Below, one piece after another: positions 25,332 through 32,000 of a DNA stretch of 32,000 nt (within the stretch, counting starts at the first letter, position 1; each line of letters begins with the position of its first letter). The translations under genes were made by a program, and so were the position numbers. Source of the stretch: an uncultured Balneolaceae bacterium (lineage in GTDB: Bacteria > Bacteroidota > Rhodothermia > Balneolales > Balneolaceae). Where the stretch lies: NCBI GenBank assembly GCA_964517005.1, contig CAZFAJ010000016.1, positions 1 through 32,000 on the forward strand, written 5' to 3'. The notes below the pieces were generated by a model that did not search any database, was not told the origin of the DNA, and saw nothing but the letters and a program-made list of their open reading frames with translations.

Positions 25332-26405
25332 CTAATTAATATTCTTTTGTTTTAATTTGTAAACATATGCAAGGATCTCTGCAACAATCTGGAAGTAATC
25401 TTCCGGAACCGTTTCATCTTCTCGGGTTGATGCGTAAAGTGCCCTGGCCACAGGAGGGTTTTCAATAATCGGAATGTCAAACTCTGCTGCATGTGAACGT
25501 ATTTTCAAGGCCCTTTTCCGCATACCTTTAGCCTTAACAACTGGCGCGCTGTTATTTTCAGGATCATACTGAAGAGCAACTGCATAGTGTGTTGGATTGG
25601 TGATTACCACATCAGATGACATTACTGCATGATCCAGCCGCTTTTGCTGAGAAAAACTGAGCGCAGCCTGCCGGCGCTTGTTTTTCATATGCGGATCTCC
25701 TTCCATCTGCTTGTGTTCGTCCCGCACTTCCTGTTTCGTCATTCGGAGTTCTTTCTTGTGTTGAAAACGCGTATACATCGCATCCATGATGGACAGAATA
25801 ACTAGTGCTGTCAGAATTCGTGTCATAAGCAGTAAAATGAGCCGACCGGCTTCCGCGAGGGTTACACTCATAGGCATTACAAGCATGGTGATAAAAAGTT
25901 CAAGCTCATTGCTGAGTGTGATAAAGATGATTGTTCCGATAATAAATATTTTGCTTAGACCTTTAACAAGCTCTGCAATTCCACGCATCGAAAACACCTT
26001 TTTAAAACCTTTCATCGGGTCGATCCGGTTTGGTTTGGGCTCAATGGCTTTAGGTGCAATTACAACCCCGGTCTGTAAGAGGTTAGCAAGAAGCGAAACC
26101 ACAAGCAGAGCGAGTAGTAATGGACTAATTACTTTAAATCCAAGTACTAACGTGGTTTCAAGAATTTGTAACGCCTGTTCGCTGTTGCTGATGGGCTGAT
26201 CAAGATTAATAAAAATTTGCCGGAATAATGATTGAAACTGGTTATAAATCCATCCTCCGGAATAGAGAATAACCATTACCGATATCAACATCAGAAGTAC
26301 GGATGATACCTCTTGGCTTTTAGGTACATTCCCCTCTTCACGAGCTTTTTCAAGCCGCAGTGCGGTGGGATCTTCAGTTTTATCTTGTTTATCCTGTTCA
26401 GGCAT
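25332..26405 (-). CDS. flhB: Flagellar export switch protein FlhB
   Basis: 'DKTEDPTALRLEKAREEGNVPKSQE' at the N-terminus. 'RMTKQEVRDEHKQMEGDPHMK'. The autocleavage site is 'NPTH' in 'VVITNPTHYAVAL'. Confidence 0.96.
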   Translation of the reverse strand: MPEQDKQDKTEDPTALRLEKAREEGNVPKSQEVSSVLLMLISVMVILYSGGWIYNQFQSLFRQIFINLDQPISNSEQALQILETTLVLGFKVISPLLLALLVVSLLANLLQTGVVIAPKAIEPKPNRIDPMKGFKKVFSMRGIAELVKGLSKIFIIGTIIFITLSNELELFITMLVMPMSVTLAEAGRLILLLMTRILTALVILSIMDAMYTRFQHKKELRMTKQEVRDEHKQMEGDPHMKNKRRQAALSFSQQKRLDHAVMSSDVVITNPTHYAVALQYDPENNSAPVVKAKGMRKRALKIRSHAAEFDIPIIENPPVARALYASTREDETVPEDYFQIVAEILAYVYKLKQKNIN

Positions 26406-26771
26406 TCAAATCAATTTCGGATATCCACTCAGGTTATCTATTCAGTTTCCTTAAATGGATGATCATGTATAAATCCGGTTTTATTTATCGGATATCTGCT
26501 TGATATCATCCGGGTCTGTTCCAAATCTGCTGTTCGGATATATATCAAAAAGAATACCAGATTGTGAATTGGCACTTCAGGCTATTAAAAGAGATTGGCT
26601 GCCACATCCGGTCACCATTTATTTCCGCAATGCGGTAAATATTTCCTCAAATGGAAAAATCTGATGGTATGTGATCTGAAATTCCATTTCTAAATGAATA
26701 ATGTGCTTGAAGGCATAAAAAAGCTGTTTTTTAAGAAAATTTTGAAGAATGGAAAAGTGATTGGATTTACA

Positions 26772-26786
26772 TGGCACGAATATTGA
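26772..26786 (+). promoter_or_regulatory. Possible sigma54-type (-24/-12) promoter for the flgF operon (imperfect -12)
   Basis: TGGCAC-GAATA-TTGA has a perfect -24 element, but the -12 reads TTGA instead of TTGC. The distance to the start codon (33-39 nt) mirrors the flgB candidate. Confidence 0.35.
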
Positions 26787-26819
26787 AACAGATCTGATCA
26801 AACGTGAAAAAAAATTAAT

Positions 26820-27566
26820 TTGATTATGATCGACCGGTTAACACACTCTATGCAGGCTCTTCAGCGGCTGATGAAAGCGCAGGAGGTTACAGCAAATAAT
26901 ATAGCAAATCTGAATACTCCGGGATTCAAATCAGACAAACTATTTTATCACTCCTTTATTGAACAGCTGAATGGCGAAACTTCTTCAATAGTGCGCCCGC
27001 AGCAGACAATCAATATGGGCCAGGGAAATTTTGAGTCAACAGAAAATCCGTTTGACCTGGCAATAGAGGGCAAGGGTTTTTTTAAAATTGATTTGGATGG
27101 GCAGGAGCTTCTGACCAGAAACGGCCGTTTCAGGCTCAATGCAGATGGGTTTCTGGTTAATGACGAAGGAGCGAATGTAATTGGCGAAAACGGTGCCGTG
27201 TCGGTTCCCCTTCTGCATGAACAATCCGGAACAGCAGAAACTGAGCAGAGAATTGAGATTTCCAAAGACGGAACGGTATTCGTAAATGATGAAAAAATTG
27301 ACAAGATCCAGCTTGCAACAGTTGAGAATTTACCCGGTCTTCAGCGTCATGCTGCAGGTTACTACGTGGCTCCTCCGGATGTGGAAGTGATTAATGATAC
27401 TGATAGTGCAGTTTTGCAAGGCTTTTTTGAATCGGGTAATGTAGATCCACTACAGGAAATGGTTGCTATGATGAATCATGCAGGCATGTTTGAAGCACAG
27501 CAAAAAGTTATGCTAACCACCGATGAACTGCTCTCGCGGGCTACAAACACAATTGGCCGGTTTTAA
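26820..27566 (+). CDS. flgF: Flagellar basal-body rod protein FlgF
   Basis: 'AQEVTANNIANLNTPGFKSD', 'GKGFFKI' and 'LTRNGRFRLNADGFLV'. The protein is 248 aa and lies upstream of flgG. The start is TTG 26820 or ATG 26826. Confidence 0.92.
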   Translation: MIMIDRLTHSMQALQRLMKAQEVTANNIANLNTPGFKSDKLFYHSFIEQLNGETSSIVRPQQTINMGQGNFESTENPFDLAIEGKGFFKIDLDGQELLTRNGRFRLNADGFLVNDEGANVIGENGAVSVPLLHEQSGTAETEQRIEISKDGTVFVNDEKIDKIQLATVENLPGLQRHAAGYYVAPPDVEVINDTDSAVLQGFFESGNVDPLQEMVAMMNHAGMFEAQQKVMLTTDELLSRATNTIGRF

Positions 27567-27664
27567 ATGAATATGACAGGCATGGGCTGTTACATAAATA
27601 TGTATGATTTGAAAAATAAGCCTGATACAGAAGAACTTTTTAATCCATAAATAAAACCATCATT

Positions 27665-28462
27665 ATGCCAACACGAGCACTAAGTACAGCAGCACTCGGA
27701 ATGAGTGCACAGCAAAGATCGGTAGATAATATTGCCAACAACCTGGCTAACGTAAATACAACGGGATTCAAACAGAGCAGCATCGCATTTCAGGATCTCT
27801 TTTATCAAAATGTGGAAATCTCGAAACGAGGCACATCATCAAATCAAATTAGCAGTGTTCCATCCCAATTGCAGCTTGGCCATGGATCGCGTGCTGTTGC
27901 CAATATCCGGAATTTTACACAGGGACCGTTAAGTGAAAGCGGGAATCCGCTGCACCTGGCCATTAACGGAAGCGGCTTTTTGCAGGTTGAAATGCCTGAT
28001 GGCAGTGTGGCTTACACCCGTGATGGAAATCTCTCACTGGATTCAACCGGCCGGGTTGTAACTCAATCAGGGCTGCCTTTAGCAGATTTTATTGAGGTGC
28101 CTGAGGATATTCAGGGATTAAATATCTCAAAAGAGGGTATTGTAACAGCTCGCCTAAACGGTGAGGGTGATACGATTGAGCTGGGACAGATTGAACTTGC
28201 GAAATTTGTCAATACGTCCGGCCTTACCGCTTTGGGTGACAATCTGTATTCACAAACAGAGGCTACAGGGCTGCCGATTTTCGGTACACCCGGCATGGAA
28301 GGATTCGGAACAATTGAACAGGGTTTTCTGGAACAGTCGAACGTGGATATTGTAACTGAAATGGTGAACCTGATATCGGCTCAAAGAGCTTATGAAACCA
28401 ATTCCAAGATGGTGCAGACAACCGAAGATATGATGGCAATGACCAATGCGATAAAACGATAA
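27665..28462 (+). CDS. flgG: Flagellar distal rod protein FlgG
   Basis: 'RALSTAALGMSAQQRSVDNIANNLANVNTTGFK', 'GSGFLQV', 'AYTRDGNLSLDSTGRVV' and the C-terminal 'LISAQRAYETNSKMVQTTEDMM'. Confidence 0.96.
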   Translation: MPTRALSTAALGMSAQQRSVDNIANNLANVNTTGFKQSSIAFQDLFYQNVEISKRGTSSNQISSVPSQLQLGHGSRAVANIRNFTQGPLSESGNPLHLAINGSGFLQVEMPDGSVAYTRDGNLSLDSTGRVVTQSGLPLADFIEVPEDIQGLNISKEGIVTARLNGEGDTIELGQIELAKFVNTSGLTALGDNLYSQTEATGLPIFGTPGMEGFGTIEQGFLEQSNVDIVTEMVNLISAQRAYETNSKMVQTTEDMMAMTNAIKR

Positions 28463-28479
28463 ATGAATCTTCCTGAATT

Positions 28480-29160
28480 ATGATATTAATAACAACTCTG
28501 ATCCTCATCTTTTCCATCACAGGATATATACAAATTCGTGAGGCTAAACTTGAAAAGAAAATCGTGAATCTTTCTGAAGAGTATCTTCATGAGATCTATC
28601 ACGAAACCGAATTTGAAGTTGAAGTTAAATGGATGCCTCCTGCTCTTAAAAAGCTCAATCAAACTGAGGTTAATGATATTCGTTTCCAGAACAGGGAACT
28701 TCCTAGAGGCCTGGTTTCTGCAGAAGTATTGTCAGAAAAAGGTATTCATCCGGTACAACTCTCTGTAAAGGTTAAGTTGAATTTGCCGGTAGCAGGGTCA
28801 AGGCTGTTAAAAGGCGATGAGTTTGCAATAGATGACCTGCACATTAAAAAAACTGATGTTACATCCCTGAAAGAGCTGCCCCTGCTTGTTCTGGATAATA
28901 ACACCTGGATCGCAAAGAGAGATATTGAACCGGGAGAATTTATATATGAACGGGATGTCGCCAAAGGAAATATCCTTCAAAGAGGACAACAGATTACAAT
29001 GATTTATGATGAGAGAAACCTGGCAATTGAAATGAACTGTGAAATCCGGCAGCCGGCGTCACCTGGAGAAGTTACAATTCTGAGATGCAGCGATACGGGT
29101 AAAAGATATGAAGCAATATTAAATGAAAACAAAATGGCATCATGGATAAAAACACTGTAA
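28480..29160 (+). CDS. flgA: Flagellar P-ring assembly chaperone FlgA
   Basis: N-terminal signal/TM segment. The C-terminal SAF-like region is 'IAKRDIEPGEFIYERDVAKGNILQRGQQITMIYDERNLAIEMNCEIRQPASPGEVTILR'. The gene sits before flgH and flgI. Confidence 0.85.
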   Translation: MILITTLILIFSITGYIQIREAKLEKKIVNLSEEYLHEIYHETEFEVEVKWMPPALKKLNQTEVNDIRFQNRELPRGLVSAEVLSEKGIHPVQLSVKVKLNLPVAGSRLLKGDEFAIDDLHIKKTDVTSLKELPLLVLDNNTWIAKRDIEPGEFIYERDVAKGNILQRGQQITMIYDERNLAIEMNCEIRQPASPGEVTILRCSDTGKRYEAILNENKMASWIKTL

Positions 29161-29759
29161 AAGACGACTTCGTTAAATTTTTAATTACGTTACTGCTGGT
29201 GCTGCTCGCGCAGGATCTCGCAGCTCAGCGATCCCTCTATTCTGATGTAAAAGCACACCAGGTGGGAGATGTAATCACGGTTATCCTTACTGAAAACATC
29301 AGCGGTTCATCCAGCAGCGACGCACGAACAAGATCGAGCCGTGATGGAAGCACGTCAAATACGTTTGAAGGAAGTGTATTTCCCGCATCAGCTACTTTTG
29401 GAGCTAATTCGAGTGTTGATTTTAACTCGGATGACCGGATTTCTTCAAACCAGAGACAACTTCTGCGTGGCACCCTTAGTGTGCGGATTGAAGATGTTGA
29501 AGAAGGGGGAAACTTCTTGATATCGGGTAAGAGGTCGATGGAAATCAGCGGTGAGTCGTACGAAATGACACTGAGTGGATATATCAGGGGAACGGATATC
29601 AACGATGCAAACGAAGTTCTCTCATATCGTATAGCTGACGCAGACATCGTCTACTACAATGAAGAGGGCCAGTTTACAGACGAGAGAAGAAAAAAACGGA
29701 CATTGATGTGGATTATCCTTGGAGCCATAACCGGCGCTTCTGCTGCCATGGCAAGCTGA
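29142..29759 (+). CDS. flgH: Flagellar L-ring protein FlgH (no lipobox cysteine)
   Basis: 'SLYSDVKAHQVGDVITVILTENISGSSSSD' and 'GTLSVRIEDVEEGGNFLISGKRSMEISGESYEMTLSGYIRGTDI' are FlgH core motifs. The 205 aa ORF contains no Cys at all. Confidence 0.92.
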   Translation: MDKNTVKDDFVKFLITLLLVLLAQDLAAQRSLYSDVKAHQVGDVITVILTENISGSSSSDARTRSSRDGSTSNTFEGSVFPASATFGANSSVDFNSDDRISSNQRQLLRGTLSVRIEDVEEGGNFLISGKRSMEISGESYEMTLSGYIRGTDINDANEVLSYRIADADIVYYNEEGQFTDERRKKRTLMWIILGAITGASAAMAS

Positions 29760-30916
29760 TGAAATTTATAAATATGCAGATCATGTATACGAAATATTTA
29801 CTACCAATCGTCCTGTTCTTCACATTCAGTGTTGGCACCCCGGTTTTTTCCGAAGCTCAAACAAGATTGAGTGATCTTGTTGAAATTAACAGAGCTCAAA
29901 AAATGGAATTAATCGGTTATGGCCTTGTGGCCGGGCTTGATCGATCGGGTGATCGTGCACTTAACCGCAGAGGAGCAGTGTTTACGGTTCAATCGATTGC
30001 CAGTATGCTTCGAAAATTTGATGTGAATGTAGATACAGATCATCTCAGAACAAGAAATGTGGCTGCAGTAATCGTAACTGCTACCATAGGCCCATACCAT
30101 GCACCGGGAAGTGAACTTGATGTGACGGTTTCTTCACTGGGTGATGCAAGCAGCTTAAATGGCGGTGTATTACTCCAAACGCCACTAATCAATCCTCAGA
30201 CCGACCGCGTATATGCATTTGCACAGGGTCCGCTTATTGTGGGCAGTATCAATAATGAAATAGCAGGTGCCCGTGTTGGAAGAAATCCAACACTTACAGC
30301 CACTGTGCCGGGGGGAGGCAATGTTGTAAACAGTGAAATGTATCAACCTGACCCAAATGAACCACTTGGTCTTATATTGAGAAATCCGAATTTTAACAAT
30401 GCTTCGAGAATCGTGGACGCTATTAACGATCGTTTTGAAACGGAAATCGCAAGTGCCAGGAATGCGGGATTTGTTTCTGTTGAGTGGCCCGATGGTTTTG
30501 AGGATACAGGTGATCTCAGCTTTTTTACCAGCGTGGTAATGGATCTTGAAATTGATGTGGATATGCCCGCACGGGTTGTAATTAATGAACGAACCGGAAC
30601 TGTGGTAGCCGGCGGAGATGTCTTAATCGGCCAGGTTTTGGTATCTCACGGGAACATCAGAATTCAGTCGCAGGTATTTCCATTCGTATCACAACCACTT
30701 CCATTCAGCAGGGGCGGAGAAACTGTGGAAAGCGCCACCTCTGAAGTTGCTGTTACGGAAGAATCAGCCAATAACATTGTTATTGAACAAGATACCAGGG
30801 TAGTTGACCTGGCAAACTCATTAAATGAACTCGGCCTTTCACCCAAAGATATTATATCGATTATGCAGGCGATAGACAGAGCGGGTGCGCTAAAAGGTAA
30901 ATTAATCGTGATGTAA
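29759..30916 (+). CDS. flgI: Flagellar P-ring protein FlgI
   Basis: 'LIGYGLVAGLDRSGD', 'FTVQSIASMLRKF', 'NVAAVIVTATI' and 'LNGGVLLQTPL'. I prefer the ATG at 29759, which overlaps the flgH stop (TGATG) and gives a signal peptide 'MKFINMQIMYTKYLLPIVLFFTFSVGTPVFSEAQ'. The ORF track's 29708 start would add 17 unlikely residues. Confidence 0.94.
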   Translation: MKFINMQIMYTKYLLPIVLFFTFSVGTPVFSEAQTRLSDLVEINRAQKMELIGYGLVAGLDRSGDRALNRRGAVFTVQSIASMLRKFDVNVDTDHLRTRNVAAVIVTATIGPYHAPGSELDVTVSSLGDASSLNGGVLLQTPLINPQTDRVYAFAQGPLIVGSINNEIAGARVGRNPTLTATVPGGGNVVNSEMYQPDPNEPLGLILRNPNFNNASRIVDAINDRFETEIASARNAGFVSVEWPDGFEDTGDLSFFTSVVMDLEIDVDMPARVVINERTGTVVAGGDVLIGQVLVSHGNIRIQSQVFPFVSQPLPFSRGGETVESATSEVAVTEESANNIVIEQDTRVVDLANSLNELGLSPKDIISIMQAIDRAGALKGKLIVM

Positions 30917-31000
30917 AATGAAACGTAAACAGAGATGTCAACCGGTATTGAGTGCACATGCCGGTGAAATTATCACACATTTGAAATTTAGATAAAGAAC

Positions 31001-31306
31001 ATGGACCCAATAAATATTCTTCAAAATTCATCTGTAAATACCAGGGAATTAAAAGATAAAAAATTATCGCAACAAGAAGATGTAAGCATGGAATTTGAAA
31101 GAATATTTGCCAGGCAAATGATAGAGCAAATGACAAAAAACATGTTTGATAACAGTGGTAGCGAGGGAATTTTGAAATCCGGAACCAGCATGTATAAAGA
31201 GCAGATTACGGATGTACTGGCTGATGCATTTGCTGAACAGGAGCCTTTAAAAATTGCACAAATGATGAGAAACTACTGGGCATCAAAAACAGACTCAGAA
31301 TCTTAA
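31001..31306 (+). CDS. flgJ: Rod-binding protein (FlgJ N-terminal domain only; no muramidase domain)
   Basis: 'VSMEFERIFARQMIEQMTKNMF' and 'SMYKEQITDVLADAFAEQEPLKIAQMM' align with the E. coli FlgJ N-terminal 'ARQVEGMFVQMMLKSMR' and 'SMYDQQIAQQMTAGKGLGLAEML'. The protein is 101 aa. Confidence 0.8.
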   Translation: MDPINILQNSSVNTRELKDKKLSQQEDVSMEFERIFARQMIEQMTKNMFDNSGSEGILKSGTSMYKEQITDVLADAFAEQEPLKIAQMMRNYWASKTDSES

Positions 31307-31327
31307 ATACACATAACAGATCCGAAA

Positions 31328-31840
31328 ATGATATCACACCAAAAAACAAAAATTAAATCACTGGGCGATAGCCTTGCAAAACTTCATAACGAATATAATG
31401 AGGCAAGAAATTTACTTGATGATCAGATGCAGGCTGTCATCTATAATGACTTGATTTGGCTGAACAGCCTGATTGATAACCAGGTGACAAAATATGAAGA
31501 GATTCAAAAAACGGAAGAGCTCTTCAGGAAAACACTTATAGAGTTATTTCAGTATTACTATCCCGAAGCTACCCATCCTTCATTAACAAAACTTTTGGAT
31601 GCGATTGAAGAACCAACCGAAGATCTGGACAAACTTCGAAGGGAACTATATGATCAGATTGAAAAGACAGAAAAACTTCGGCTGAGTCTGATGGATCTTC
31701 TTGATTTTGCAAGAAATCACAATACTGAAACAATTACAGCACTGTCGCAAATCGCGCAACAGATTTATCAGAATTATAATGCAGAAGGGAATATGAATGC
31801 AGCCGAAATGAGCAGCCTCGGGCTAAATCAAAAAGCATGA
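31328..31840 (+). CDS. flgN: FlgN-like flagellar export chaperone (for FlgK/FlgL)
   Basis: 170 aa, all-helical. 'LAKLHNEYNEARNLLDDQMQAVIYNDLIWLNSLIDNQVTKYEEIQKTEELFRK' fits the FlgN pattern, and the gene lies immediately upstream of flgK. Confidence 0.5.
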   Translation: MISHQKTKIKSLGDSLAKLHNEYNEARNLLDDQMQAVIYNDLIWLNSLIDNQVTKYEEIQKTEELFRKTLIELFQYYYPEATHPSLTKLLDAIEEPTEDLDKLRRELYDQIEKTEKLRLSLMDLLDFARNHNTETITALSQIAQQIYQNYNAEGNMNAAEMSSLGLNQKA

Positions 31841-31844
31841 AAAA

Positions 31845-32000
31845 ATGAGATCACTATTTGAAATATCAACACGCGGACTGTTAAGCGCAAGAGCAGCATC
31901 CGAGACGGTATCCAACAATATTGCAAATGCTCAAACCCCCGGTTTTTCGAGGCGGCGGGCAGTATTGACAGAAGAAGTACAGAGGCTGCAATCAGGTGTA
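31845..32000 (+). CDS. flgK: Hook-associated protein 1 FlgK, N-terminal 52 codons (truncated by the window end)
   Basis: My own translation from ATG 31845 is MRSLFEISTRGLLSARAASETVSNNIANAQTPGFSRRRAVLTEEVQRLQSGV. This is the rod/hook-family N-terminal motif in the FlgK arrangement (sGL...q.al.v.snNIAN..T.G[FY]sR). Confidence 0.8.
   Translation, partial: MRSLFEISTRGLLSARAASETVSNNIANAQTPGFSRRRAVLTEEVQRLQSGV

Noticed and set aside
25936-25947. TCCGATAATAAA on the plus strand inside flhB, identical to the motA -10 region.
   Set aside because: No TAAA-type -35 occurs at the right spacing (GTGTGATA instead). The motif is antisense to flhB.
25786-26199. A 137 aa plus-strand ORF inside flhB. Similar shadow ORFs lie in flhA (23405-23722), fliA (20962-21391), flgE (12037-12909), fliK (10147-10518), fliO/fliP (17842-18243) and flgH (29237-29647).
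   Set aside because: They are mirror-frame ORFs of strongly supported genes. AT-rich codon usage leaves long open antisense frames. None has domain-like sequence.
26571-26586. TTGGCACTTCAGGC in the divergent region as a possible sigma54 promoter.
   Set aside because: The GG-to-GC spacing is two nt too short for a -24/-12 promoter.
26619-26801. A 60 aa minus-strand ORF in the flhB-flgF divergent region.
   Set aside because: It overlaps the candidate flgF promoter, has no recognisable features, and lies in an AT-rich intergenic context.
30930-30990. A possible hairpin or sigma28-like GCCGGTGA upstream of flgJ (ACCGG...CCGGT flanking GTGCAC).
   Set aside because: The stem is only 5 bp with a 15 nt loop. 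The -10 match is poor and no -35 lies at a usable distance.
1-32000. A scan for CRISPR repeats, tRNA/rRNA, transposase/integrase genes, long direct or inverted repeats, and defence-island genes.
   Set aside because: I saw none by eye. Apart from the VapBC pair, the histidine kinase and the sucC-like fragment, every sizeable ORF is explained by the flagellar locus.

Overview
The window is almost entirely one large flagellar biogenesis locus from an AT-rich diderm bacterium; L- and P-ring genes are present. All homology calls were made by eye against remembered family motifs, with no database search.

Gene order:
- Plus strand: flgB-flgC-[85 aa ORF]-fliE-fliF-fliG-fliH-fliI-fliJ-[MgtE_N/YlxF/FlbB-like]-fliK-flgD-flgE, then a rho-independent terminator.
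- Plus strand, after a sigma28-type promoter: motA-motB-fliL-fliM-fliN(long, FliY-like)-fliO-fliP-fliQ-fliR.
- Minus strand: flhB-flhA-[FlhF-like]-[69 aa membrane ORF]-fliA, followed by an RHH antitoxin/PIN toxin (VapBC-type) pair.
- Plus strand again: flgF-flgG-flgA-flgH-flgI-flgJ(rod-binding domain only)-[FlgN-like]-flgK (truncated at the window end).
- Left edge: a cytoplasmic PAS-type histidine kinase and the first 9 codons of a SucC-like gene, both on the minus strand.

Many junctions are translationally coupled (TAATG at fliH/fliI, ATGA at flhA/flhF-like). I saw no CRISPR array, tRNA, rRNA, IS element or integrase.

I did not find a stand-alone novel defence-type system. The unusual content lies inside the flagellar system:
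1. The FlhF homologue appears to have lost all GTPase motifs (P-loop GLSGSGID), and no FlhG/MinD-like gene sits next to it.
2. FliM and the long FliN both lack the N-terminal CheY-P docking peptide, and no che genes are interleaved.
3. The flhB-flhA-flhF-fliA block is inverted relative to fliPQR, with a VapBC module at the junction.
4. An uncharacterised 85 aa ORF is wedged between flgC and fliE and has a weak FlgM-like pattern.
5. Candidate sigma54 (-24/-12) promoters lie in front of flgB and flgF, and a good sigma28 promoter lies in front of motA.
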